In this document: positions 1-12,873 of the stretch, in pieces
Position numbering within the stretch: the stretch's first letter is position 1
How the letters are laid out: every line of letters starts with the position of its first letter
Origin: Heterodontus francisci
Taxonomy: Eukaryota
Assembly (NCBI RefSeq): GCF_036365525.1
Contig: NC_090388.1
Span: 66,520,258-66,584,257, forward strand
Direction: 5' to 3'
Length of the DNA: 64,000 nucleotides
The notes under the pieces: generated by a model
Told to the model about the DNA's origin: nothing
The model's database searches: none
Seen by the model: only the letters and a program-made list of their open reading frames with translations
Position numbers and translations under genes: made by a program

Positions 1-1347
1 ATCCGTTCCCATCTGTCCTGAAACTTCAAGCTAAAATCCCTACAATCAGGTTTCCGCCCCTGCCACTGTACCCAAATGGCTCTTATCAAAGTCACAAATG
101 ACATCCCACGTGATTGTGATAAAGGTAAATTTTCCTTCCTCGTCCTTCGCGAACTGTCTGCAGCCTTAGACATGGTTGAACACACCATCCTCCTCCACTG
201 TCATCCAGCTGGGTGGGACTGCTCTCACCTGGTTCCATTCTTATATGTATAATCGTAGCCAGAGAATCGCCATCAATGGCTTCTCTTCCTGCTCCCACAC
301 AGTTGTCTCTGGTGGGTCCCAATGATCTTTCCTTAGTCCCCTCCGATTTCTCATGTGCCTGCTGCCCCTTGGTGACATCATCTGAAAACACATCAGTTTC
401 CACATGTACGCTGACAATAGCCAGCTTTATCACACCATCACTGTTCTCACCTCCCTCCACTTGTCTCTAAATTGTCAGACTGCTTGTCTGACATCTAGTA
501 CTGGATGGGATGAAATTTACACAAATTAATAAATGGAAAACAGAGGCCATTGTTATTGGTCCCTGCCACAAACTCTGTTCCCTACTGCCGGCTCCATCCC
601 CCTCCCCGGCAACAGTCTGAGATTAAACCAACCTGTTCACAAACTTGGCATCATATTTGACCGCGAGATGAGTTTCCAACCACATATTCGAGCCATCACT
701 AAGACTACCATTTCCACCTCCGTAACATCGCCTGACCCCACCCCTGCCTCAGCCCATCTGCTGCTGTAATCCTCAACCATGCCTTTGTTACCTCCAGACT
801 TGACTATTCCAATGCACTCCTGACCAGCCTCCCACATTCTACCCTCCATAAATTTGAGGTCATCCAAAATTCTGCTACTCATGTCCGAACTCGCATCAAA
901 TCTTATCCATCTATCACCCGTGCTCACTGACCTACACTGCCTCTTGTTTAAGTAATGCCTCGATTTTACAATTCTCATCCTTGTTTTCAAATCCCTCCAT
1001 GGCCTCACCCCTCCCTACCTCTGTAATCTCCTCTAGCTCCATAACCCTCTGTGATATCTATGCTCCTCTCATTCTGTCTCTTGAGCATCCCTGATTTTAA
1101 TCGCTCCACCACTGGTGTCTGTGCCTTCAGTTACTAAGGACCTAAGCTCTGGAATTCCCTCCCTAAATCTCTCTACCTTATTTTCCTCTTTAAGCCAATC
1201 CTTAAAACTTACCAAGCCCGTGGTCATCTGCCCTAACATCCTCTTACATGGCTCAGTGTCATATTTTGTTATATACTGCCTCCGTGAAGTGCCTTGGGAT
1301 GTTTTATTACATGGTAGGCACTATATAAATACAAATCATTGTTGCTG
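1..1347 (+). mobile_element. L2-type LINE, degenerate RT region plus 3' tail
   Basis: QSGFRP.H.T..AL.KVTNDI-like and YAD-like remnants; ends GCCTTGGGATGTTTTATTAC...CTATATAAAT, the tail shared by other L2 copies here. Confidence 0.8.
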
Positions 1348-1477
1348 AAATAACAATCCCCCACTCTCTGTCTTGATGCGATTTGATATCAAACTGATGA
1401 TTTGAAATGGTTCAATCCAAATAAATGGTGGGTGGAATATTGACACTGGCAAATAATCAGTCCCAGAGTCTTACCCG

Positions 1478-2028
1478 CAGACCCACAGCAACGTGGTTAA
1501 CTGCCTTCTGAAATGGCCAAGCAAGTTACTCAGTTGTATTAATCCACTACGAAATCTATGAGAAGAATAAAACCAGATGGACCACCTGACATTGACTGGG
1601 GCACCGGAAACCACAAAGGCACGCCATGCCCAGTCGGCCCAGCAAAGTCCTCCTCACTGGTGGGCCGAAGGGCCTGTTTCAGAACTGTATCTCTAAACAT
1701 AAACAAACATATGTTTTAAAAATTTCTCTAAACTAACATCTGGGGACTTGTGCCAAAATTGGGAGAGATGTCCCACAGACTTAGCCAATACTCACCAAAT
1801 CAAACCTTACAGCCAATATTCCAGACTCCTTGATATGTTCCAAACCCACGACCTCTACCACCTCGAAGGACAAGGGCAGCAGATGCATGGGAACATCACC
1901 ACCTGCAAGTTCCCATCCAAGTCACACACCATCCTGACTTGGAACTATATTGCCGTTCCTTCACTGTCGCTGGGTCAAAATCCTGGAACTCCCTTCCGAA
2001 CAGCACTGTGGGTGTACCTACCTCACAT
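1478..2028 (+). mobile_element. Fragmented CR1-group LINE ('family B'): 5' region/endonuclease start and 3' region, with a short HE1/CR1-type tail inserted at about 1659-1735
   Basis: KVLL..TNIWGLVPKLGE-like endonuclease start; 1850-2028 matches the minus-strand family-B 3' end at 42590-42870. Confidence 0.65.
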
Positions 2029-3957
2029 GGGGCCAGGAAACTCGAAATTGTCAAAATGACATAGGGCGTCAGAAGAGTCACGATGTAGGTGGGATGAAGT
2101 TGCCCCAACCGCCTCCGCTTCACTATGGGCGTCCAATCTCTCTACACCTCCATCCCCCACCAGGACGGTTTGAGGGCTCTCCGCTTCTTCCTTGAACAGA
2201 GGCCCAACCAGTCCCCATCCACCACCACCCACCTCCGCCTGGCTGAACTTATTCTCACATTGAACAACTTCTCCTTCAACTCCACTCACTTCCTTCAAGT
2301 AAAAGGTGTTGCAATGGGTACCCGCATGGGTCCTAGTTATGCCTGTCTTTTTGTGGGATATGCCGAACATTCCTTGTTCCAGTCATACTCAGGCCCCCTC
2401 CCCCAACTCTTTTTCCGGTACACTGATGACTGTATCGGTGCCGTTTCCTGCTCCCACTCCGAACTGGAAAACTTTATCAACTTTGTCTCTAATTTCCGCC
2501 CTTCTCTCACCTTTACATGGTCCAGCTCCGACACTTCCCTTCCTTTCCTCGACTTCTCTGTCTCCGTCTCTGGTGATAGGTTGTCTATTAATATCCATTA
2601 TAAGCCCACCGATTCCCACAGCTACCTCGACTACACTTCTTCACACCCTGACTCCTGTAAGGACTCCATTCCCTTCTCCCACTTTCTCCATCTCCGACAC
2701 ATCTGCTCTGATGATGCTACCTTCCATGACAGTGTTTCTGATATGTCTTCCTTTTTCCTCAACAGAGGATTCCCCCCCACTGTGGTTGACAGGGCCCTCA
2801 ACCGTGTCCGGCCCATTTCCCGCACCTCTACCTCACCCCTTCCCCTCCCTCCCAGAACCGCGACAGAGTTCCCCTTGTCCTCACTTTCCACCCCATCAGC
2901 CTCCATATCTAAAGGATCATCCTCCGCCATTTCCGCCACCTCCAGCGTGATGCCACTACCAAACGCATCTTCCCCTCCCTTCCCCTGGGAGCATTCCGAA
3001 GGGATCCTTCCCTCCGCGACACCCTGGTCCACTCCTCCATTACCCCCACCACCTTGTCCCCTTCCCATGGCACCTTCCCCTGCAATCGCAGGAGGTGTAA
3101 TACCTGCCCATTTACCTCCTCTCTCCTCACTATCCCAGGCCCCAAACACTCCTTTCAGGTGAAGCAGCGATTTACTTGTACTTCTTTCAATGGAGTATAC
3201 TGTATTCGCTGCTCACAATGTGGTCTCCTCTACATTGGGGAGACCAAACGCAGACTGGGTGACAGCTTTGCGGAACACCTCTGCTCAGTCCGCAAGCATG
3301 ACCCCGAGCTTCCGGTTGCTTGCCATGTCAACACTCCCCCCTGCTCTCATGCCCACATCTCTGTCCTGGGATTGCTGCAGTGTTCCAGTGAACACCAACG
3401 CAACCTCGAGGAACAGCATCTCATTTACCGATTAGGCACACTACAGCCTGCCGGACTGAACATTGAGTTCAATAATTTCAGAGCATGACGGGCCCCCATT
3501 TTACTTTTATTTTTAAATAATTTTTCTTTTTTATATATTTTTTTGTGTTTATTTTATTTCATCTTAGTTTGTTCAGTTTGCTTACCCACTGTTTGTTTCC
3601 ATGTTTGTACTTGCTGCTGTTCAATTTTCAGTCCGTTAACACCCTATCTGTACTAATGCTTTGTCTTTCAACACACTGTTAACAATATTGTTTGCCTTTG
3701 CTCCATGACCTTCTGGTCAGTTATTCTGTGACCTTGTCCTATCTACACCTCCTTTGTTATCTCTTGCCCCACCCCCGCTTTACTTGCTTATAACCTTTTA
3801 CATTTCTAATATTTGCCAGTTCTGAAGAAGGGTCACTGACCTGAAACGTTAACTCTGCTTCTCTCTCCACAGATGCTGCCAGACTTGCTGAGTATTTCCA
3901 GCATTTCTTGTTTTTATTTCAGATTTCCAGCATCCGCAGTATTTTGCTTTTATTTTA
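2029..3957 (+). mobile_element. Penelope-like element, 5'-truncated and frameshifted: RT + GIY-YIG endonuclease + terminal repeat
   Basis: ORF 2125-3162 has VQSLYTSIP, GVAMGT, RYTDDC, PFLD, YKPT; ORF 3054-3488 has CNRRRCNTC and GVYCIRC..C...YIGETKRRL...FAEH (GIY-YIG). Confidence 0.93.
3818..3854 (+). ncRNA. Minimal type I hammerhead ribozyme motif in the Penelope terminal repeat
   Basis: AGTT-CTGAAGA-AGGGTC-ACT-GACCT-GAAAC-GTT-AACT: conserved cores, stem II, palindromic AACGTT stem III, stem I AGTT/AACT. Confidence 0.75.
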
Positions 3958-4160
3958 TTATTTATTTTCATTCTCTCTGCTTTTATTCTGCAGATATGAC
4001 ATTGCAAGTGGTTTAATAAGCTGTTCTGAATGTAAGAGGCTGCTCATTTGGTATCCTGATCCCAGCCCATGTTGATAATGATGACAATGCTGCCAAGGTT
4101 TTGCAGTACGTCGTGCACTTACAAAATGCTCTGGAGCCCAAAGTCTACAATCCCAACTAC

Positions 4161-4606
4161 TGTGAGTCAGCTGTGGCTCAGTTGATATTACTCTCCCCTC
4201 CAAATCAGAAAGTTGTGATTCAAATTGCACTCCAGAGACTTGAGCACACAATTCAGTCTGACACTCCAGTTCATTACTGAGTGAGGTGCCGTCTTCCAGA
4301 TGAGATGTTAAACCGAGGCCCCAGGTGCCCTCTCAGGTGGATGTAAAAGACCTCGTGGAACAATGCAAAGAGCAGAGGAGTTCTCCCCGGTATTCTGCCA
4401 ATATTTATCCCTCAACCAACATCACTAAAAATAAGTTATCTAGTCATTATTGCACTGCTGTTTATGAGATCATGCTTCGCACAAATTGGCTGCCACATTT
4501 CTTAGATAGCAAGAGTGACAACACTTCTAAAGTACTTCACTGGGTGTAAAGTGCTTTGGGGTGTCTGGAAATCATGAAAGATGCTATATAAATGCACGTT
4601 TTTCTT
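4161..4606 (+). mobile_element. SacSINE1/DeuSINE-like SINE, near full length
   Basis: tRNA-like head (TGGCTCAGTTG...GATTCAAAT), Deu-domain-like GGTGCCGTCTTCCAGATGAGATGTTAAACCGAGGCC, L2-like tail GCTATATAAATGCA. Confidence 0.8.
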
Positions 4607-4829
4607 AGAACCATAGAAAAGTTATGGCACAGAAAGAGATCATCCAGCCCATTGTGTCTGCGCGAGCTGTAAAAACTAGTCTCCCAATCTAATCCCACCT
4701 TCTGTAGCCTTGCAGGTTACAGCATTTCAGGTGGAGGTCCAGGTACCTTTCTATCAGCAAGGTAACACTATGCCATCTGCGAGACTTGCTTCACATATGA
4801 TGCTTTTATTAACCATGGATAGCACATGC

Positions 4830-7800
4830 AGGGAGGTGGTCACACTTCTCAGGCAGAAAGGGAATGGGTGACCGCCAGGGGGAGTAGAAGAACTAGGCAG
4901 GTAGTGCAGGAGTCCCCTGCATCCACCTCCCTATCTAACAGATTTTCCGCTTTGGATACTGTTGGGGGAGATAGCTTCTCAGGGGAATGCAGCAAGAGCA
5001 AAGTCTGTGGCACCACGGGTGGCTCAGCTGCACACGAAGGAGGAAAAGGAGTGGGAGAGATATAGTGAAAGGGAATCCTATCATAAAGATAGGCGTTTCT
5101 GTGGCCGCAAACGTGACTCTAGGATGGTATGTTGCCTCCCTACTGCGAGGGTCAAGGATGTCACGGAGCGGCTGCAGGACATTCTGAAGGGGGAGGGTGA
5201 ACTGTCAGAGGTTGTGGTACGCATTGGTACTGATAACACAGGTAGAAAGAGGGATGAGGTCCTGCAACAAGAATTTAGGGAGCTAGGTAGCAGATTAAAA
5301 TGCAGGACTTCAAAGGTTGTAATCTCTGGATACTCCCAGTGCCACGTGCTAGTGAGTATAGGAATAGGAGGATAGAGTGGATGAGTGCGTGGCTGAGGAG
5401 ATGGTGCAGGAGGGAGGGCTTTAGTTTCCTGGATCACTGGGTCTGTTTCTGGCGATGGTGGGACCTGTACCAGATGGACGGGTTGCACCTGAACCGGAAT
5501 GGGTCCAACATGCTTGCTGGGAGGTTTGCTAGTGCTGTTGGGGGCGGATTTAAACTAATTTGGCAGGGGATTGGGATACAGAGTGGAGTTACAGTACGGG
5601 GTGATGCACAGTCAAATATAGAAGAGAAACTGAGTCAGTCTGGAAGACAGAGCAAATATAGACCTGCTAAGGCACAAGTGAAAAATGCCAGGCTGGATTG
5701 CATCTATTTTAATGCAAGGAGTAAGGCAGATGAATTGAGGACATTGATTAGCACATAGGAATGTGATATTATTGCTATCAGAGACATGGTTGAGTGAGGG
5801 GCAGGACTGGCAGCTCAATATTCCAGGGTATAGAATCTTCAGGCGTGACAGGGGAGGGAGTAAAAGAGGAGGTGGCATTGCACTGTTGATCAAGGAGTCA
5901 ATTACTGCAGTAAGGAGGGATGATATCTTAGAAGGCTCCTCAAATGAGGCCATATGGGTAGAACTTAATAACAAAAAGGGGGCAATCACTTGGCTGGGAA
6001 TGTACTACAGGCCTCCAACCAGTCAGGGAGAGATCGAGGAGTAGATATGTAGGCAAATCTCAGAGAGGTATGAAAATAATAGGGTAATAATAGTAGGGGA
6101 TTTCAACTTCCCCAATATCAACAGGGATAGTCTTAGTCCAAAAAGCATAAAGGGGGCGGAATTCTTGAAGTGCATCCAGGAGAGCTTTTTGAGCCAGCAC
6201 GTAGAAAGTCCTACAAGAGAAGGAGCAGTACTGGACCTAATCCTAGGGAATGAAGCCGAAGAAGAGGTAGAAGAGTCAGTGGGCGAGCATTTCGGGGATA
6301 GTGACCATAACTCTGTAAGATTTAAGGTAGTTATGGAAACGGACAAAGATGGATCGGAAATAAAGGCACTGAATTGGGGGATGGCCGATTTCAATTTGAT
6401 AAAACAGGATCTGGCCAAAGTGGACTGGGAGCAGCTACTTGGAGGAAAGTCTACATCAGACCAGTGGAGTCATTCAAAGAGGAAATAGAGAGAGTTCAGA
6501 GCCAACATGTTCCCGTTAAGGTGATGGGTAGGACCAACAAGTCCAGGGAACCCTGGATGTCAAGGGATATAGAGGATTGGATCAGGGAAAAAAAGGAGGC
6601 TTATGGCAGATTCAGAGCGCTGAAAACAGCGGAGGCCCTAGAGGAGTATAGAAAGTGTAGGGGGGTATTTAAAAACGTAATTAGGAGAGCAAAGAGGTGA
6701 CATGAAAAAACACTGGCGGACAAGATAAAGGGAAATCCCAAGGCGTTTTATAGGTATATTAAGGGCAAGAGGATAACCAGGGAAAGAGTAGGGCCCATTA
6801 GGGACCAAAGTGGTAATCTGTGTGTGGAGCCAGAGGACATAGGTGAGGTTTTAAATGATTATTTTTCATCAGCTTTCACTCTGGAGAAGGATGATGCAGG
6901 TGTAGAGCTCAGGGAGGGGATTGTGATAACTTGAACAAATTAGCATTGAAAGGGAAGAAGTACTAGCTGTTTTAGCGGCCTTAAAAGTAGATAAATCCCC
7001 AGGTCCAGATGAGATGTATCCCAGGCTGTTATGTGAGGCAAGGGAGGAGATAGCAGGGGCTCTGACACAAATTTTCAAATCCTCTCTGGCCACAGGAGAG
7101 GTACCAGAGGATTGGAGGACAACGAATGTGGTACCATTATTCAAGAAGAGTAGCAGGGATAAACCAGGTAATTACAGGCCAGTGAGTCTAACATCAGTGG
7201 TAGGGAAACTATTGGAAAAAATTCTGAGGGACAGGATTAATCTCCACTTGGAGAGGCAGGGGTTAATCAGGGATAGTCAACATGGTTTTGTCAGGGGGAG
7301 ATTGTGTCTAACTAACTTGATTGAATTTTTCGAGGTGGTGACTAGCTGTGTAGATGAGGATAAAGCAGTTGATGTAGTCTACATCGACTTCAGTAAGGCT
7401 TTTGATAAGGTCGTGCATGGGAGAATAGTTAAGAAGGTAAGAGCCCATGGGATCCAGGGCAATTTGGCAAATTGGATCCAAAATTGGCTTAGTGGCAGGA
7501 AGCAGAGGGTGATGGTCAAGGGTTGTTTTTGCAAGTGGAAGCCTGTGACCAGTGGTGTACCGCAGGGATCGGCGCTGGGACCCTTGCTGTTTGTAGTGTA
7601 CATTAATGATTTAGATGTGAATATAGGAGGTATGATCAGTAAGTTCGCAGATGACACGAAAATTGGTGGTGCCATAAATAGTGAGGAGCAACGTCTTAGA
7701 TTACAGGACGATATAGATGGGCTGGTAAGATGGGCGGAGCAGTGGCAAACAGAATTTAATCCTGAAAAGTGTGAGGTGATGCATTTTGGGTGGACTAACA

Positions 7801-8544
7801 AGGCAAGGGAATATACAATGGATGGTCGGACCCTAGGAAGTACAGAGGGTCAGAGGGACCTTGGTGTACTTGTCCATAGATCACTGAAGGCAGCAGCACA
7901 GGTAGATAAGGTGTTTAGGAAGGCATATGGGATACTTACCTTTATCAGCCGAGGCATAGAATATAAGAGCAGGGAGGTTATGATGGAGCTATATAAAACG
8001 CTAGTTAGGCCACAGCTGGAGTACTGTGTACAGTTCTGGGCACCACACTATGGGAAGGATGTGATTGCACTGGAGAGGGTGCAGAGGGGATTCATTAGGA
8101 TGTTGCCTAGGCTGGAGCATTTCAGCTATGAAGAGACACTGAAAAGGCTAGGGTTGTTTTCCTTAGAGCAGGGAAGGCTGAGAGGGGACCTGATTGAGGT
8201 ATACAAAATTATGAGGGGCATAGATAGGATGAAACTTTTTCCCTTAGCGGAGGGGTTTAATAACCAGGGGGCATAGATTTAAGGTAAGGGGCAGGAGGTT
8301 TAGAGGGGATTTGAGGGGAAAAAAAATCACCCATAGGGTGACTGGAATCTGAAGAGGAGGTAGAGGCAGGAACCCTCACAACATTTAAGAAGTATTTAGA
8401 TGAGCACTTGAAACACCATAGCATACAAGGCTATGGGCCAAGTGCTGGAAAATGGGATTAGAATAGTTAGGTGCTTGATGGCCGGCACAGACACGATGGG
8501 CCAAAGGGCCTGTTTCTGTGCTGTATAACTCTATGACTCTATAC
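4830..8544 (+). mobile_element. CR1 LINE, near full length but disrupted (ORF1 SGNH esterase; ORF2 APE + RT)
   Basis: IGTDN and DGLHLN (esterase); YFNARS, SETWL, YYRPP, GDFN, LDLILGN, SDHN (APE); ORF 7014-8276 with NYRPVSLTS, DFSKAFD, GVPQGS.LGP, FADD; tail CTCTATGACTCTAT. Confidence 0.95.
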
Positions 8545-9367
8545 AAGTGTGACAAAAGACTGCCCCTTCCTCACTCCCTTCCCACTTTCCATCTGACGAC
8601 AAGTAATCCAGATGCACATTCAAATCAACTCACCATTTCTCCTCCCCAACATCAACCATTTTTTTTTACAATAATATGGTGCCTTGTGACTGCGGCTGCA
8701 GCAAGCTTCCTATGACAGTCTCGCAAGTCACTTTACTTTGTCTTCTCTAAGCTGAGGAATGGGACTTCACTCAGGTATTCATCTGCTGTAGCTAGTCTCA
8801 CTTCTTCATACAGACTCTGCATGAAGCTTTCAGTGCCTTCAAGGATTTTTTTTTATTCTATCATAACTTCCATGCTGATGGGTAACAGTAAATCACTGGT
8901 AAATTTCAGTCCAGTTCCAGACAGACTTCAACACTAATTTAAGGGTTAATTAAGTCGGTGGACAACTTGCTTCAATATGGAAGATTAGTTCCAGTTCGAT
9001 CAGCTTGCCTTTCTGAGGTAGAAGCGTTTCAGATATCGCTTGGCTGTTGGCCATTTATCACTGAGCCTAGATTCACTTCTATTGAGTATATCAACTTCAG
9101 TGTCAAGCCCTGCTAGTGCATCAATTTTAAACCATAAAAGCAGCCTTGGATTCATCCTTCCTGGTCTTTAGAGGCCAGTCTGGATGGAAATATTATGCAT
9201 TGTTCATCTGTTGTGATGTCCGTGGCTGCACTGTCAAGATTAAACCCACTATCGCTCATTGCAGCAAACTGTGATGGATCAACTGCTTTAACAAGAAAAC
9301 AAGTTTTGCCAATGCTCTTGTACCTGTGGTGCTGCACTCCCTATGAAAAGCGTTAACAGTTTTGTTT

Positions 9368-11760
9368 TATTCTTTCATGGGATGTGGGCATCACTGGCTA
9401 GGCCAGCACTTGTTGCCCATCCCTAATTGCCCTTGAAATGAGTGGCTTGCTGGGCCATTTCAGAGGGCAGATAAGAGTCAACCACATTGGTGTGGGACTG
9501 GAGTCACATGTAGACCAGACCAGGTAAGGATGGCAGATTTCCTTCCCTAAAGTGAATCACATGGGTTTTTATGACAATCGATGATAGCTTCATGGCACCT
9601 CTTCTTCTTCTTTGGCCTCCTTGTCTCAGGAGACAATGGGTTAGTGCCTGGAGGTGGTCAGTGGTTTGTGCAGCAGCGCCTGGAGTGGCTATAAAGGCCA
9701 ATACTAGAGTGACAGACTCTTCCACAGGTGCTGCAGATAAAATTGGTTGTCAGGGCTGTTTCGCAGTTGGCTCTCTCATTGCGCTTCTGTCTTTTTTACT
9801 GCCAACTGCTAAGTCTCTTCGACTCGCCACACTTTAGCCCCGCCTTTATGGCTGCCTGCCAGCTCTGGCGATCACTGGCAACTGACTCCCACGACTTGTG
9901 ATCAATGTCACAGGACTTCACGTCGCGTTTGCAGACGTCTTTAAAGCGGAGACATGGACGGCCGGTGGGTCTGATACCAGTGGCGAGCTCGCTGTACAAT
10001 GTGCCCTTGGGGATCCTGCCATCTTCCATGCAGCTCACATGGCCAAGCCATCTCAAGCGCCGCTGACTCAGTAGGGTGTATAAGCTGGGGATGTTGGCTG
10101 CCTCGAGGACTTCTGTGTTGGAGATACGGTCCTGCCACCTGATGCCAAGTATTCTCCGGAGGCAGCGAAGATGGAATGAATTGAGACGTCGCTCTTAGCT
10201 GACATACGTTGTCCAGGCCTCGCTGCCGTAGAGCAAGGTACTGAGGACACAGGCTTGATACACGCGGACTTTTGTGTTCCGTGTCAGTGTGCCATTTTCC
10301 CACACTCTCTTGGCCAGTCTGGACATAGCAGTGGAAGCCTTTCCCATGCGCTTGTTGATTTCTGCATCGAGAGACAGATTACTGGTGATAGTTGAGCCTA
10401 GGTAGGTGAACTCTTGAACCACTTCCAAAGCGTGGTCGCCGATATTGATGGATGGAGCATTTCTGACGTCCTGCCCCATGATGTTCGTTTTCTTGAGGCT
10501 GATGGTTAGGCCATCCGTTGCAGGCAGCCGCAAACCTGTCGATGAGATTCTGCAGACACTCTTCAGTGTGAGATGTTAATGCAGCATTGTCAGCAAAGAG
10601 AAGTTCCCTGATGAGGACTTTCCGTACTTTGGTCTTCGCTCTTAGACGGGCAAGGTTGAACAACCTGCCACCTGATCTTGTGTGGAGGAAAATTCCTTCT
10701 TCTGAAGACTTGAACGAATGTGAGAGCACAGGGAGAAGAAAATCCCAAACAGTGTAGGTGCGAAAACACAGCCCTGTTTCACGCCACTCAGGATAGGAAA
10801 GGGATCTGATGAGGCGCCGCGATGCTGAATTGTGCCTTTCATATTGTCATGGAATGAGGTGATGATACTTCGTAGCTTTGGTGGACATCCGATCTTTTCT
10901 AGTAGTCTGAAGAGACCACGTCTGCTGACGAGGCGAAAATATTTGGTGAGATCAATGAAAGAAACGTAGAGGGGCATCTGTTGTTCGTGGCATTTATCCT
11001 GTAGCTGATGAAGGGAGAACAGCATGTCAATGGTTGATCACTCTGCTCGAAGGCCACACTGTGCCTCAGGGTAGACACGCTCGGCCAGCTTCTGGAGCCT
11101 GTTTAAAGCGACTCGAGGAAGACTTTCCCCACTATGCTGAGCAGGGAGATTCCACGGTAGTTGTTGCAGTCACCGCGGTCACCTTTGTTTTTATAGATGG
11201 TGATGATATTGGCATCGCACATGTCCTGAGGTACTGCTCCCTCATCCCAGCACAGGCAAAGCAGTTCGTCGAGTGCTGAGAGTATAGCAGGCTTAGCACT
11301 CTTAATTATTTCAGGGGTAATGCCGTCTTTCCCAGGGGCTTTTCCGCTGGCTAGAGAATCAATGGCATTACTGAGTTCCGATTTTGTTGGCTGTACGTCC
11401 AGCTCATCCATGACTGGCAGAGACTGGGCTGCATTGAGGGCGGTCTCAGTGACAACATTCTCCCTGGAGTACAGTTCTAGGTAGTGCTCAACCCAGCGGT
11501 CCATTTGCTTGCGTTGGTCAGTGATTGTGTCCCCTGATTTAGATTTGAGGGGGGCGCTCTTCTTGATGGTTGGCCCAAAAGCTCTCTTAATGCCATCATT
11601 TTCATGGCACCATTACTGAGACCAGCTTTCAATTTCAGAATTTTTTGTAATTTAAAATCCACCAGCAGCCATGGTGGGATTTGAACTAGGTCCCCAGGGC
11701 ATTAGCCTGGGCCTCTGGATTACTAGTTTAGTGACATTACCACCACACCACTGTCTCTCC
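9368..11760 (-). mobile_element. tRNA-headed SINE (family-B tail) split by an RTE insertion; parts 9368-9599 and 11601-11760
   Basis: Minus-strand head GTGGTGTGGTGGTAATGTCACT...AGTTCAAATCCCACC (A/B boxes); tail matches 54503-54570. Confidence 0.75.
9600..11600 (-). mobile_element. RTE-clade LINE, 5'-truncated, with 11-bp TSD
   Basis: RT fragments NYRGISLLS, GVKQGC, LLYGSEAWT, LRWLGHV; (GAA)n tail; TSD TTCATGGCACC at 9589-9599 and 11601-11611. Confidence 0.93.
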
Positions 11761-12051
11761 CTAACAGTTCATTTACTGCACGACATCACATAACCTTTAG
11801 TCCTGTTAATCATGGACACTCATTGTTCTAGGGATACTGCGGTGTTCAACCAGGATTGAAATGGCACAGTTGACCTCAGAAGCATGTGCCAGTTCAGTTC
11901 CAGTCAAGTTTCGAGAGCAGGTTAGAGTGTGAAAGAATGAGAGTCATAAAATAATTAAAGTGACAGAGGAAATAGATTATTTAACAATTACTATGTACAG
12001 TAGATACAAATATCCATGTAGAAAACTGCTAGGTTGTTATCCAAGTACAGT

Positions 12052-12873
12052 TTCTTTTGGGCCTCCTTATCTCGAGAGACAATGGATACGCGCCTGGAGG
12101 TGGTCAGTGGTTTGTGAAGCAGCGCCTGGAGTGGCTATAAAGGCCAATTCTAGAGTGACAGGCTCTTCCACAGGTTCTGCAGAGAAATTTGTTTGTCGGG
12201 GCTGTTGCACAGTTGGCTCTCCCCTTGCGCCTCTGTCTTTTTTCCTGCCAACTACTAAGTCTCTTTGACTCACCACACTTTAGCCCCGTCTTTATGGCTG
12301 CCCGCCAGCTCTGGCGAACGCTGGCAACTGACTCCCACGACTTGTGATCAATGTCACAGGATTTCATGTCGCGTTTGCAGACGTCTTTAAAGCGGAGACA
12401 TGGACGGCCGGTGGGTCTGATACCAGTGGCGAGCTCGCTGTACAATGTGTCTTTGGGGATCCTGCCATCTTCCATGCGGCTCACATGGCCAAGCCATCTC
12501 AAGCGCCGCTGACTCAGTAGTGTGTACAAGCTGGGGATGTTGGCCGCCTCGAGGACTTCTGTGTTGGAGATACGGTCCTGCCACCTGATGCCAAGTATTC
12601 TCCGGAGGCAGCGAAGATGGAATGAATTGAGACGTCGCTCTTGGCTGACATACGTTGTCCAGGCCTCGCTGCCATAGAGCAAGGTACTGAGGACACAGGC
12701 CTGATACACTCGGACTTTTGTGTTCTGTGTCAGTGCGCCATTTTCCCACACTCTCTTGGCCAGTCTGGACATAGCAGTGGAAGCCTTTCCCATGCGCTTG
12801 TTGATTTCTGCATCGAGAGACAGGTTACTGGTGATAGTTGAGCCTAGGTAGGTGAACTAGGTACCTAGGTAGG
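12052..12873 (-). mobile_element. RTE-clade LINE 3' fragment with 14-bp TSD
   Basis: ORF 12104-12793 (LLYGSEAWT, C-terminal CRTC..HSR zinc motif); TSD TATCCAAGTACAGT at 12038-12051 and 12874-12887. Confidence 0.93.

Noticed and set aside
2306-3149. Long alternative-frame and antisense ORFs over the Penelope element (similar shadows lie over the CR1 and RTE copies)
   Set aside because: Shadow frames of retroelement coding sequence with no independent evidence.
8720-9345. Sequence with a coding-like feel on the minus strand
   Set aside because: Multiple stops and no identifiable motif; cannot assign without a search.
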